Assembly (NCBI RefSeq): GCF_009914755.1
Contig: NC_060928.1
Reading direction: 5' to 3' (one strand)
DNA length: 64,000 nucleotides
DNA from: the human T2T-CHM13v2.0 reference genome, Homo sapiens
Within the stretch, counting starts at the first letter, position 1. Each line of letters begins with the position of its first letter. Made by a program: the position numbers and the translations under genes. Positions 13,967 to 28,279 of this stretch are shown piece after piece. The notes below the pieces were generated by a model. It worked only from the letters and a program-made list of their open reading frames with translations, made no database searches and was not told where the DNA came from.

Positions 13967-15049
13967 AGAATAACATATTCCAAATATTTTGTCTACAATG
14001 TACTTACAATGTTAAGATTATTTACAACTTCATGTTCTTATGTAAGATTTTGATATTTTATAGGTAAAAAATGAAATATATGTGTTCATGTATGAATTAA
14101 GGTATTATTTCTACATACAAAAAAATTTGCAGAACTAAGAAAATTACTCTGGGAAACCAAGAGGAGAAACACACTTCTATTTGCATTAGGTGGATGTCTC
14201 AGACACAGCCAAACCTGTATCTAATCAGAATAGGCAGTTCCTGAAATTATAACTTTGAGGTTCTAAAAAGCTTGAACATTTTAAAAGAATTTCTGTTTTA
14301 CATGACTGTTGTACATTTTAGCATGAGTGATTCCTGTTTAGCTTTTAAGCATGCCAATTCCATGAGTGCAGTTAACTCATAGTTCTGGACTGCCTATTTC
14401 AGAACCATTTACAATTGCTTTCTCATCTTCTACTGTGAAAACTCCACAGATAGGGCTTAAATACTCAGGTTCCACACACACTTCTGGCTAGCAGTGACCT
14501 GACCATGTGATCCAGCTCTACACTCAAAGATTGAGTAGCTTACCTGCTGAGAAACGTTTTTTAAAAGTGGTTTACAGAGGGCACTGTCCTTTGGTTTTTC
14601 TCTTCCCACTTCTTCTGGCTTCAGCCTGGATAGTGGATGTGAGCTTGCAGAGCAGCAGCCATGTTACAACCTGAGACAACATACACAAGACCTGGCCTGT
14701 ACACTCTGAGAACAACGGAAGAAGAAAAAAACAAAATTCTCTGGAACCCTGGACTACTAACCCCTGCTTCTCTCTGTTAAGATAGATAATTCTTGTGTAT
14801 CTAAATCATTGCACAGACTTCTGGTTGGTTAAACCTGAATTTAATCCTAATTGATATGAGCTTCAACCCAAGCACAGAAGAAACAAAACATGATTTAACG
14901 ACTATTTTCACAGTTCTCTTAAGGATGGTACATATCACACACCATTCTAGGCATACTGAAATAAAATTAATTCATTACAGAAAATATATTATTAGGACAT
15001 TAGAACCTACTTCTCTTCCAGGTCTGGTTGAGAAAGATTGTACCAAACC

Positions 15050-15216
15050 CTGCTATATAAAATACAGCCTGTAGACCAACAGCATAGGCACCATCTGGTA
15101 ACTAATTGGATGCCTAGAATCTCAGAATTCTCCCTCTTCACCTACTGAATCAGAATTTGCATTTCACCGTGATTCCCAGATGATTCATATGTACCATAAA
15201 GTGTTTTAAATGCTGG
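15050..15216. mobile_element. MER5A-like hAT MITE relic
   Basis: cctactgaatcagaatttgcatttc...gattcccagatgattcatatgtaccataaagtg motif. Confidence 0.65.
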
Positions 15217-15742
15217 ATGAATTATGAGTTCCCGAGGTCAAAGGAACAGTATTAAAAAAAAATCTTTTCTATCTCTATTTCCCGGTACAATGTCTAGACG
15301 GAACATAATAAGCCCAACCAAATATTTGATGAATGAAACATAACACTGGCTCAGTGTCAAGTATTAAATTCCATTATAGGTTTGATTATCACAAATCTAA
15401 CTATTATTTGCAAAGCTGAGCTTATGACTATGAGGAAATGAATGAATAATGAGACAGATATCATGAAAAAAGGAAAAGTGGTTAAAAAGTTACAAAGCAT
15501 AGAATGAAAGAAATCACAGGCTCTAGATGTGCACTGAAATTAAAAGTTTTAAGGAACATAGTCCCCTATAACAGAAAGTTAAAACTGGAAAATTAATGGG
15601 TAAGTAATGGGGATCTGTCCTTGCCAAAATTCATTATATTACCTAGAGCTGTCTTGATTTGTCTATTTTAGATTCTCCTATTTGGGAGAGTGGTGGACCA
15701 CTTGACTCTGACGAAAGCTAAAAATGCTGTCTCATGAGAATG

Positions 15743-15831
15743 CACACATACACACAGACACACATACACACAGACACACATACACACAGACACACATACA
15801 CACAGACACACATACACAGACACACAGACAC
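15743..15831. repeat. CA-rich tandem repeat, 16-bp unit cacacatacacacaga
   Basis: About 4-5 successive units are visible. Confidence 0.9.
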
Positions 15832-16037
15832 GCTTAATTGAGTTTCAGGAAGTGCTCAGACTTTCTAAAACTTAGCTATCGAAGAAGGTACAGTGTACTT
15901 CAGGTAAAGAGCCCTTCATGATGTTTGAATTTTCTACATTACAAGTTAAATAAATGATGGTCTATGAAATCTAGAAATGATTTGGAGAAACAGACTTAGT
16001 CTCCCTCCTTACATATTCCACATCCTAAATTAACTTT

Positions 16038-16480
16038 TGACTGAGGGTTGAATTGTGGCCTCCACTCCACTCCAAATATATTGAAGTCCTAACTCTGGTA
16101 CCTCAGAATGTGACCTTATTTGGAAATAGGGTTGCTGCAGATATAATTAGTTCGATGAGGTCATACTAAAGTAGAGTGGGCCCTTATCCAATATGACTGA
16201 TGTCATAGTGAAGAGACACAGAGACAGACACGCGAGGGGAGAACATCAGTGATGATGCAGCCCGAGATTGAAGTGCTGTATCTGCAAGCCCAGGAACACC
16301 CGCGGCCACCAGAATGTGGAAGAAGCGAGGAAGGATCCTACCCTGGAAGTTTAGGAGGGGGTATGATTCTGCCTACACCTTGATTTATGACCTCGAGACT
16401 CTAGAACTGTGAGAGAAGAGATTTCTGTTGTTTTAAGCCCTCCAAGTTTGTAGAAATTTGTTACAGCAGCCCTAGGAAAT
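16038..16480 (+). mobile_element. MLT1A/B-like MaLR solo LTR
   Basis: gtacctcagaatgtgaccttatttggaaatagggt...ctagaactgtgagagaag...tttgttacagcagccctaggaaa. Confidence 0.85.
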
Positions 16481-18175
16481 AGTGGGAAAACATAATCTAG
16501 AATTATAATAACTGATTTCAAAGTGTCTGTCGTGGTTATTAATAAAAACTTTTATTCAGAAGGCATTCACTGATCTTCACTATGTGAATTCACTGATCTT
16601 CAATTTGCCATGTAATATACCCAAATAAATCAAGAATAGACTCTTATTCTTAGAGAAAAGGTAGCCTAATTTTAATTTAAAATTTACTTAGTTGATCGGG
16701 GTTTCAGTTGTTTCATCAGTGAAATGGACATTAAATGTTTAACATTAAAATTGTCTCTGAGTTCCTCTCAGAGTTCCTATCAGAATTTCTATCAGATATA
16801 GATAATAATTGATTGGCAGTTTATTTGCTAAGAAATTATTTAAAATGAATTGTAGATACTTAACCTAAAGAAGAGAAAACTAGCTCTCTTCAATTAGTTG
16901 AAAGGCAATTAACTAGAAGAGTTATTGTTGTGTATGACCTCAAATGATAGACGGGAACTGGCAGAGATGAAATTAGGCTAAATATACATAAGAACTTGTT
17001 AATTATTTTAGCTTTAACAATATATTCTGGCCCTCAATAAGTTCTTGGTCATAAGACTTGTTTTGCTGAAGAGTCATTTGCCAAGATGCCTTTAAGGGTT
17101 TCAGTCATTCCCAAGTTGGTTGGAAGATCATATCTTCCAAACACTATGGGATCAAAAAGGGTATATTTGGAAGATTAATCACTCTGGAGATAAAATGAAC
17201 TTCAAACCCTGTATCTGTTCCTTAGTAACTATGTAAACTTAATTTCTGAATATCACGTTCCTCTCCTGTAAATACAGATATGAATACCCACATTAAAGTA
17301 TTGTTTTGAATTATAAAATAATGCATACCAAGTGTATAGTCATTAGTTGACAATAAAGTCTGATTCTCTCCTACGCCCTGTAACTCTATGTGTATTTATA
17401 TGTGCTACTGTTTACTATGTTAGGATACAAAAATAAACTCCTAAATAAAACAAAAGACCACCATTAAATAATATTTTAAAACAATTATTCAGAAAGATAA
17501 GTAATAAAGTATAACCTACTGCCACATGTTAATTTTTATAGTTGTGGGGATGTAGAAGTTTGTCACCAGCCACTCAGGTTTTTTCTACATTTGATCCTTA
17601 AGGGGAGCAACAGTACTTTCCTCAGAGCATTTAGAATAGAAAGTCCTGAACAACATTTTGAAGGTATAGGGAAAGAGCAAAGGTTCAAAAACATTGCTAA
17701 GCTCTGATCCTTAGAAGCACCAACAAAGTTCTGAGTAATTTGACAACAAAACCAGCCTCCAATTATTTTATCTTTAAAAGCAATTACTTCTTCATGACAA
17801 TTATTCACATATTTTTAATTTGCAAAAATATTCTCTTTATAGTGAGCATATATGGAGCTGTATACTCAGCTTCTTTAATTTAGCTGCTGTGTGGTATAAT
17901 TTTATAGTTATTTTGTTTTCAGATTTCATGTTCTGGATGTGGATATTAATGTAGCAATAGTCTGCATGTTTTTTTCACTAGAGATAGGCTGTTTGCCCAC
18001 ACATTCCTGAAAGCAACATGAAAAAAACAGGCCCATCAATTACCCTTTGCAAAATCTACATATTTTCCTATGCTTTCTCTGTGTAAAGCAATGCAAATTA
18101 CAAAATATTTTAAAATGTATATCTATCCTTTTGGGTGTTAAGTTCTGTTTTGCTGAAGCTACTAAATCCTTCTGT

Positions 18176-18176
18176 T

Positions 18177-18208
<32 letters not shown>

Positions 18209-19719
18209 ACCATGCAAGGAGACTGTTTATTTCCAAAGGATTTTGCAATAACCATAATGAATAGGCTCCAGGCAGTTGTTCTATTCTTCTCCCTCATTCT
18301 CATCCTCAGAGGAGTCGTTGCCTACTTCCTCATAATCCTTCTCCAGGGTGGCCATATCCTCCCTGAGCCTTGGAGAACTCACCATTCTTCATGCCCTCAC
18401 CAGCTTCCCAGTGTACAAACGCCCTCTTGACATACATCAGCTTGAACTTGTGGTCCAGGTGGGCCCAGGCCTTGGCAATGGCAATTGTGTTGTTCAGCAG
18501 GCACACGTCACACTGTACCTTGGCCCAGGTCACCCCCAGGCACCACAGTGGGCAGCGGTTAGTTGATACCAACCTTGAGGCCTGTGGGGCAGCAGTACAC
18601 AAGCTGAATGCTGCACTTGGTCTTGATGGTGGCAATGGCAGCATTGACATCCTTGGGTACATCTCTGTGGTACAACAGGCAGTAGGCCATACACTTGCCA
18701 TACCAGTAAGCCATATTCCCTAAAGTGCCATACCATCACACTTTGCCATCTGGCTGGCAGGCTGAAAGCAGGCATTGGCGATCCCTGCCAAAAACAGCTG
18801 TTGTGGTACACCTTCTCTGCAGATGACTGGCACATAGATGGCCGGGGGGATGTAGATGCGAGTGCTGGCCACCAGGTTGATCTGAAACTCTGTCAGATCC
18901 ATGTTGAGGGCCTTGTCAAAGTGCAGAGAAGCTGTAGTGGAGGAGATTACTTTGCTAATGAGGAAGTTGAGGTTGGTGTAGGTTGGGGACTCAATGTCCA
19001 GGTTGTGGCAGCAATTGTCATAGATGGCTTTGTCGTCCACCATGAAGGCACAAGCTGAGTGCTCTAGGGTGGTGTGAGTGAGTGGTCAGGATGAAGTTGT
19101 AGGGCTCAACTATGGCTGTGGACACCTGCAGGGCTGAGTAGTTGGAGAATTACAGCTTAGATTTTGCCATTGTACCAGAGAGCTGCTCCATTAGGAGTGA
19201 GGTAAAGCCAGAGCCAGTGCCCCTGTCAAAGCTGTGGAACACCAGGAAGTCCTGAAGTCCTGTGCATTGGTCAGACGGCTTCCAGGTCCAGTCCAGCACT
19301 GGGTCATTGATCTCTTTGCCAATGGTATAGTGACCACGGACATCGTTGTTGAGAGCATCCTCTTTTACAGTGATGAGCTACTCTGGGTGGAAGAACTGTT
19401 GTTATAGGCCATTTCAGATTTCATCAATGGCCATAGGCTCCAGATCCACAAAACAGTCAGGACACATGTTTTCTAGCACTGGTTTCACAGAAGAAGCTGG
19501 TGAAGGTTGACTATCCCCTTCACCAATAGTCTTTTCACTGGGCTTCTGCCCATCAGTTTGAATCTCATGTTCCAGGCAGTAGAGCTCCCAACAGGTTAGC
19601 ATTGCCCATCTGGACACCTGCCTGCCCCATATGGACTGAAATGTACTCACACATGGCACGTGGTGAGTCCCAGTGGTGTGTCTTATGTAGAGTCACGGTG
19701 ATGGGTCTCAGCGAGAACT
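18176..19719 (-). pseudogene. TUBA4A: Processed pseudogene of alpha-tubulin TUBA4A; former CDS 19654..18281, both UTRs, decayed poly(A)
   Basis: Intronless alpha-tubulin frames ([44 protein letters not shown]) with many stops and frameshifts. TUBA4A-type residues: SVHMGQAGVQMGN, DPVLD, SDQCTG, and a C-terminus ...EDENEGEE* lacking the terminal Tyr. AATAAA at 18226-18231 (-) and a (TAAA)n tail. The symbol names the parent gene. Confidence 0.95.
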
Positions 19720-20269
19720 AACCCATCTTTTTAAGGACATTTTGGGTCTTGATTTAAAAAGTTTTAATTTTCCCGACACAAAAACATTGATGTTAAAATG
19801 TGCAATTCAAATATATGTGGGAGAAAAGTGAAAGAAACACTGATTCAGCCTTAAGATAAGTGTATCCTAAGAATTCATTTTAGCTTTACTATGTATTAGT
19901 AGTATGATTCTGGACAAATTATCTGATTTCTCTGAATTTTTATTCTCTTATTTACAAAAAGGAAATAATATATTTTTCCTGCAAATCTTAGAGTGGTAAA
20001 TTTAAATTTAGTATGCATATAAAATTTCTTTGCAAATTATTAAGGGCTAAATGGATAAAAAATATTATTTAACATGATATTATATCTTCATCACCAATTT
20101 CCATATTTCTATTGTTTCTTTTATGCCTATCTTTGGCATAATTTTACTCAGCACCTAAGACAACGAATGATAGGCTTGGTCCATTTTATATCTGGCTTGT
20201 TATTTTGAAAGTCTGAAGAAAATAAAGACCCTAATTCACCAAATGAGGAAGATTAATTCCTCATTCAAC

Positions 20270-21160
20270 AAGTGCATTCATTCAACAAATAATTATCAAG
20301 CACCAACTATGCACAAGAACTGTGCTGAGTGATGGGCCTGCAACAGTGAAAAATACAGACCATATTTTTCTCTTCATTCAACTTCTATTTTACTAGGTGA
20401 GACATAAAATAAACAATCTAAACAAGCAAGAAACTATATGTGAGGTGATGAGAAATGTTAAGGAGTAAAAGCAGAGCAGCAGTGAGTGCTTGTGGATGCA
20501 AGTTTATGTAGGGTGACTAGGAAAGGTTTGCTGAGTAGGTCATATTTCAGTAAAGATCTGGACTGATAAAAGTGAGGGAGTGGCCCATGCAGCTATCTGG
20601 TACAACAGGGTTACAGGCAGAAGGAACAATGTGTACCAAAGCTCCAAGGCAGAAGCATATTGGCATATTAGAGGCAGAGAGAAGGCCAGTGCACCTGGTG
20701 AAGAGTGAATAAGATGAAGAGCTGTAGGAGATGAATTTGGATAGGTAAGTGGAAGAGGCAGATGACCTACAAGCTGTCAGCCATTGTTAGAATTCAGGCT
20801 TCTGTGAGAGATAGGAAGTCATTTGCTAGTTTCATACAGAGAAAAAACAGGATCTGACCATTGTTTTAACATGATCTCTCTGGCTATGCTGCCTGGAACA
20901 CAGTGAAGAAGATCAAGGTGAAACAAGGACATCATTCAAGAGGTCATTTAAATAATTATTGTCTTGGACCAAGATTTTAGTATGAAGGTAGTAAAATTGG
21001 TAAGATTCTGAATATATTTTCAGGATACAGCTGTCAGAGTTTGCTGATGGATTAGTCATTGAGTATAAAAACAAAGTGAAGAGTGAAGAATATCTCTAAG
21101 AATCATGGCCTGAGCAATAAAATAATAGTATTACCATTTTCTCAGATGGGAAACAAAACG
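20270..21160 (-). mobile_element. L2 LINE 3' fragment
   Basis: cattcattcaacaaata...caccaactatg terminus and L2-type internal motifs (ggcagaaggaacaatgtgtaccaaagc; tttgctgatggattag). Confidence 0.7.
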
Positions 21161-23682
21161 AGAGTCCTATTTAGGAGAATATCAGTCCCCCAGTTTTGGA
21201 CATTAAAAGTGATTATTACCCATATCATAGCCACACACTTTCTCCTGGGTTCTCACTCAGGAACACAGGCAAACATTACTGACTTCTAGTGAGAAGCCTT
21301 GAGTCAACTAATAGAGGAATTCCCAAAGTATGCAGTTATTTTATTTTATTTTATTTTATTTTATTTTATTTTTGCCATAAGAGCCAGGCTTCCAGCTTTC
21401 ACCATATAAATAGCAGTGAAAAAAAACAGTGGTTATAACTCATTTCCCTGTCAAGCCTTCAATCAATATTCTCAGCCATAGACAGTAGCTTGTCTCACCA
21501 GCAGGAAGGCAATAGTCAGAACCAGCTGCCCACATCTTTAAAAGTCCAATACCTCTAAGTAGCAAATTTGAGGTAACGCTGGAAAATTCACAGAACTCTC
21601 TGTTCTTCAACTAAATAGGAAATAACACACTCTGTGATCTACCTTTGTTACAGGGTTATTGTAAGGATCAAATAAGACAAAATATACAATAATGTTATAT
21701 AGGCATAGTAGTCATGACTCTGTTTAACAACAAAGCCATAGTGAGACTATTTTTTTTTTTTGCAAATAGACCCTTATCAGCTGTAGATGGTATGATTGGA
21801 AGAATATAAGTTGTTTTTAAAAAAAATCAGTTCCAAGCAAGTTGCTTTTTTACTGATATATAATATTTATAGATATTTATAGACACGTGATATTTTGTTA
21901 CATGCATAGAATTTGTAACAATCAAATCAAGGTTTTAGGATACCCATCACCTCAAGCATTTATCATTTTTATTGGGCTCATTTCAAGTCCTTTCTTCCAG
22001 CTATTTTGAAATATGCAATACATTTTTGTTCACTGTAGTCATTCTACTATCGAATAGTAGAACTTATTCTTTCTATCTGACTGTTTTTTTGTACCCATTA
22101 ACCCAGCTCTCTTCATCCCCCTCCTCCTACCCACATACTCCTCCCAGCTTCTGGTATCTATGATTCTACTCTCTACCTCTATGTGATCAACTTTATTATC
22201 TACTACATATGAGTGGGAACATGCAACATTTCTCTTTCTGTGCCTGGCTTGTTTCACATAACATAATGACCTCCAGTTGCAATCATGTTACTGCCAATAA
22301 TAGGATTTCAGTCTTTCTTATGGCCAAATAGTATTCCACTATGTATATATACCCCATTTTCTTTATTCATTTATCTATGGATGAACACTTAGATTAAGTC
22401 CATATCTTTGCTATTGTGAATGGTGCTGCAATAAACATAAGGGTGGAGTTATCGTTTTGATATACTAATTTCCTTGCCTTTGGATATAAACCCAGTAGTG
22501 AGGTTGCTGGATCATATGGTAGTTCTGTTTTTAGTTGTTTGGATAAATCTCCATACTGTTTTCAATAGGGGCTGTACTAATTGACATTCTCACTAACAGT
22601 GTTTAAGAGTTTCATTTTCTCGACATCCTCACCAGCTACTGCTATTTTTTGTATTTTTTATAATAGCTATTCTGACTGGGGTAAGATGATAGTTCATTGT
22701 GCTTTTTATTTGCATTTCCCTGCATTAGTGATGTTGAGCATTTTTATATACCTGTTGGCATATGTACATCTTCTTTTGAGAAACGTCTACTCATGTTCTT
22801 TGCCCATTTTTTAATGGGATTATTATTTTTTTCCTGTTGAGTTGTTTGAGTTCCTCGAATCTTCTGGATATTAGTCCTTTGTTGGATAAGTAGTTCTCAA
22901 ATATTTTCTCTCATTCAACATGTTGTTTCTTCATTCTTTTAATTGTTTCCTTTGCTGTGCAGAAGAATCTTAGTTTACACTTGCCACATTTGTCTATTTT
23001 TTGTTGTTGTTGCCTGTGTTTTTGAGGTCTTAGCCAAAAAATCCTGTCTAGACCAATGTACTGGAATATTTCCCCTATGTTTCCATCTAGCAGTATTAGA
23101 GTTCTGGGTCTTATGTTTAAGTCTTTAATCCAGTTTGAATTCATTTGAGTGAAAGATAAGAATCTAGATTCATTCATCTACATATGGATATCCAATTGTC
23201 CCAGCACAATTTATTGAAGAGGGTTTCATTTTCCCAGTATATACTATTGGTGCCTTGTTTAAAATCAGTTGGCTGTAAACACATGGATTTATTTCTGGGT
23301 TCTATATTCTGTTCCATTTGTCTATGTGTCTAATTTTATACCAATACTATGCTATTATGGTTACCATAGCCTTGTAATACATACTGAAGTCGGGTATTGT
23401 AATGCCTCCAGCCTTATTCTTTTTGCTCATCATTGCTTTGGCTATTGGTTATTTTGTGTGTGTGTGTACTTTCATAAAAATTTTATGTTTTTTTATTTCT
23501 GGAAGAATGCCATTGGTATTTTGATAATAATTACATTAAATATGTAGATTGCTTTGGGTGTTAGTAATTCTTCCTATCCATGAGCATGTGATATCTTTTC
23601 ATTTGTGTGTTCTTCAATTTTTTCATCAGTGTTTTTGTTTCCTTTGTAGAAGTCTCTCAACTCTTTGGTTAAATTTATTCCT

Positions 23683-23684
<2 letters not shown>

Positions 23685-23762
<78 letters not shown>
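23685..23762. repeat. Compound (CT)n(GT)n microsatellite inside the L1
   Basis: Visible directly. Confidence 0.97.
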
Positions 23763-23764
<2 letters not shown>

Positions 23765-26700
23765 TTATGGTAAATGGTATTGGCTTGTTGTTGTTAGTTT
23801 ATTATTGGTCAGTAGAAATGCTACTGATTTTTGTATACAGATTTTGTATCTTGTAACTTTACTGAATTTATTTATCAAACCTAAGGATTCCTTTGGTTTT
23901 TAAAAAGTCTAAGATACTATCTGAAAAAAAAGACAATTTGAAGTACTGTTTTCCAATTTAGATGCCTTTTATTTCTTTCTCTTGCTGATTGCTTTGACTA
24001 AGACTTCAAGTACTATGTTGAATAAAAGTGGTGAAAGTGAGCAAACTTGTTCCAGTCCTTAGAAGAGAGGCTTTCAGCTTTTTTCCATTCAGTAGAATGT
24101 AAGCTGTTAATTTGTTGTATATGGCATTTATTATGTTGAGGTATATTATTTCTATGCCTAGCTATAGTTAAGAGTTTTTATCATGAAGGGATTTTGAATG
24201 TCATCAAATGCTTTTTCTGCATCTGTTGAGAGGATAATATGGTTTTTGCCTTTCATTCTGTGGATATGATATATCACACTGATTGATTTGCATATGTTGA
24301 ACCATTCTTGCATCCCTGGAATAAATCCCACTTGATTATGGTGTTTTATCTGTTGGATGTGTGCTGTTAGATTTAGTTTACCAATATTTTGTTGAGAATT
24401 TTGGCATCTATGTTCATCAGGGATATTGACCTTTAGTTTTCTTTTTCTATTGTGTCCTTGTCTGGATTTGGTTTCAGGAAGATTCCGGCCTTATAGAATA
24501 AGTTAGGGGAGAATTTCTTCCCCTCAACTTTTTGCAATAGTTTCAGGAGAATTAATGATAGTTTTTCCTCAGTAAAATTCAGTAGTGCAGGTATCCGGTC
24601 CTGTGCTTTTCTTTTGGGAAACGTTTTACTACTGATTCAATATTGTTAATTTTTCTTTGTCTGTCCAGATTATTTCTTCCTGATTCAGTCTTTATAGATT
24701 GTATGTTTCCAGGTATTTATGGCATATAGTTGTGCATAACAGTCCTTGACGATCTTTTTTATTTCTGTAAAATCAGTGATAATTTCTCTTTTTTTAAATT
24801 TCTGATTTTGTTTATTTGGGTCTTTTCCTTTTTTCTTGATTAGTCTAGCAGTTTATTTATTTTGATTACCTTTTCTAAAAACCTTTTTTGTTGATCCTTT
24901 CCTTTTTTTAATTTCATTTAGAAATACTACTCTGTTCTTTCTGCCTACTAATTTTGAATTTGAGTTGTTCTTGCTTTTCTAGTCTCTTGAAGTGCATCAT
25001 TAGATTATTTATTTGAAGTCTGTTTACTTCTTTGATGTAGGCATTTATTGCTATACAGTTCCCTCTTAGCACTGCTTTTGCTGTATTCCACAGATTTTGT
25101 TTGTTGGGTTTCCATTTTCATTTGTTTCAATAAATGTTTTTTATTTCTTTTTTTTAATTGACCCAATGGTTGTTCAGAAGCATGCTATTAAATTTCAGTG
25201 TATTTATACAGTTTCAAAAGTTGCCCTTGTTGATTTTTAGTTTTATTATGCTGTTGTCTGAGAAAAATACTTAGTGTGATTTTGGTTTTTTGAAGTTTTT
25301 TGAGACATGTTTTGTGGTCTAATATATGGTCTATTCTGGAGAATGTTTCATGTGCTGATAAGAAAAATGTGTATTTTGTAGCTGTTGGATAAAATGTTCT
25401 GTAGGTGTTTGTTAAGTCCATTTGGTCTAAAGTGCCATTGAAATCCAATGTTGCTTTATTGATATTTTGTCTAGATGATCTGTCTAATATTGACACTGTG
25501 TTATTGACATCCCCAACTATTATTATATTGGAGTCTATTTCTCCCTTTATATCAAATAATAGTTGCTTTATATATATATTTGTGCTCCATTGTTTCATAC
25601 ATATTTAGAGTTGTTATACCCTCTTACTGAATTGATCCCTTTTTCATTACATAATAACCTTCTTTGTCTCTTTTTACTATTTTTGACTTAAAGTCTGTTT
25701 TACCTAATATAAGAATAGATACACCTGCTGCTTTTCGCTTCTGTTTGCATGGAATATCTTTTTTCATCCTTTTTTTTTTCTGTCTACATGTATCTTTAGA
25801 GGTGAAGTGAGTTTCTTGTAGACAGCATATAATTAGATCATTAAAAAAACTATTCAGCCAGTCCTAATTTTTCAAGTGGGAAATTTAATTCATTTACATA
25901 AAAGGTTATTCTAGATATGTCAAGGCTTATCCTTGTTACGTTCTGAATTGTTTTCTGGTTGTTTTTTATAGTCTTTATTCCTTTCTTTTTCTCTTACTGT
26001 TTATCAATGTGATTGTATGGTTCTCTGTAATAGTAACATTGGACTCCTTTCTCTTCATCATGTATGTTTGCTCTACCAATGAGTTTTATACTTTTCTGTG
26101 TTTTCATGGTGGTAGATATTATCCTTTCACTTCCAGGTATAGGACTTCCTTAAGCATTTCTGGTAGGGCTAGTGTAGTGCTGATGAATTCTCTCAGTTTT
26201 CTTTTCCTGGGAAAGACATTATTTATCTTTCACTTATGAAGAACAACTTTGCTAGATGTAGTATTCTCAGCTATCAGTATTTTATCCCTTCAGCACTTTG
26301 CATATGTCACTCCATTCTCTCCAAGACTGTAAGGCTTTGGCTGAAAAATCTGCTGTTAGTCTGATAAAGTTTCCTTTATCTTTGACTAGATGCTTTTCTC
26401 TTGCTGTTTGTAGGAATCTGTCTTTGTCTTTGACTTTTGACACTTTGACTATAATGTACTGTGGAGACATTTTTGGATTTTATCTGTTTGGGGATTGCTG
26501 GGCTTCATATAACTGGATGTGCAAATCTCTTGGTAGACTTGGGAAGTTTTCATTTATCATTTTGTTAAATAGGTTTTTGAACCCTTTCATTCTCTCTTCA
26601 CCTTCTGGAATATAAATAATTTGTTTATTTGATCTTTTTTTAGTGTCCCATATGTCATATAGGCTTTCTTCATTCTTTGTTATTCTTTTGTTTTTTTTGT

Positions 26701-28279
26701 TTGACTGGATTATTTCAAATACCTATCTTCAAGTTCTGAAACTACTGTTTCAAGCTATTGTTGAAGCTCTCAATTGTATTTTTTATTCATTCACTGAGTT
26801 TCAGTTCTAGGATTTCTGTTTGGCTCCTTTTTATGATAGTTATCTCTTTGGCAAGTTTCTCATTCATATCCTGAATATTTTTTTCTGATTTCTTTCTATT
26901 GTTTTTCTTTGTTCTCCTGTATCTCAATGAGCTTCTTTAATATCATTTTTTTTTAAATTATTTTTCAGGCATCTTACAAATGTCTTTTTCATTGGAATCT
27001 GTTTCTGGAGAATTATTGTTTTTCTTTGGAGTTCTCATATTACCTTTTTTTCCCTCTTTATTGTGTCCTTTCATTGATATTTGTGCCTCTGGTATAACAG
27101 TCACTTTTTCCATTTTGGGGGGTTGGCATTTATAGATTGTTTTCTTGAAAGATGTACTAATAATATTGGTTGGTAGGGTACTTCAGCTTTGATATAGGGT
27201 GCATGCAGTAATGTAGTCTTAGTATTTCTTCAACTTCAAGCAGCTTCAGTGTTGTCTGTGATTTCCTCAGTGCCATCTGTGATTTCCTCAGTGCACTAGG
27301 CTATAGTTGTTAGTGGAGGCTGTGGTGAGGCTTTGCTTTGGATGGGGATATTGAATGGGCCTGTTCTTGGCCCCAGTGGTGGCAACAGTGGGCTAAGTAT
27401 GCCTGTTCTTGGGCCCCCAGGCAGCATATGCAGGTGTTAGCAGGTCCAGATGGGACAATTATTGGGACTCCAGACTACTTGCTCAGGTGACAGAAGTGGT
27501 AGCAGTGGCCTAGGTGGACAGGTAGAACCTTAGGCTCCTGGGCAGTATGCATGATATGGACAATGGCAGTGACAGTGCAGGACAACCCTTGTGCCTCAGA
27601 CAGTAATGCTGGTTTTAGCAGTGGCTAAGATGGCTGGGCAGGCCAGTCCCCAGGTCCCCAGGTGGTACATGTGGGTGGGTGCCAATGGTCGTTGTAGCAA
27701 CAGGCCGAGTGGGTTTATCTCAGGCCCTTAGGAAGACTGCAAAGATGCTGGCAATACTGGACACGGCAGGGCAATCCCAACACCTCTGGATGGCATGCTT
27801 GGGTGCTGGGGGTGTTTGGGGTCTATTGTTAGACCCTCTGGTGATGCACACATGTTCCCGGGGTAACTGACAACAGGGTGATCCTCAGGTCCCCACGCAG
27901 CATGCTCAGGTACTGGAAGGTGCAGTGCTAGGTTGAGTAGGCCTGTCCTCAGGTCCACCTAATGGTGTGCATGGCATCAGGCTGTGTTAGCAAGGGCAGA
28001 ATAATCTCTAGGCATCCAGGCAGCATGCTTGAGTGGCAGCAGTGACAGTGGTGGTCGCGGGCAGGGAAAGCCCATCCTTGGGATACATGCAAGTGTATGG
28101 CAATCCTGCTTCTGGGAGTGGCAGGATTGCTGTCAGTGGCAGAGATCCCAGGAAGGTGGCTTTCAGACTCTGGGGAGCACATGATTTGGCTCTCTTTGTC
28201 CTGAGAGCAGCCTCCCTGGTGCATTGCTGCCTGTTCCCCAGGGTGTGGGACTCTGTGGGTTAGAGTGCTGCAGACCATG

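Noticed and set aside
18161-19732. TSD for the tubulin pseudogene (ctaaatccttctgttt vs ctaacccatcttttt)
   Set aside because: Too degenerate to call with confidence.
11543-27297. Short duplications at ~11543 (15 bp), ~16567 (14 bp) and ~27255 (21 bp)
   Set aside because: Ordinary slippage-type micro-duplications; no array or CRISPR-like organisation.
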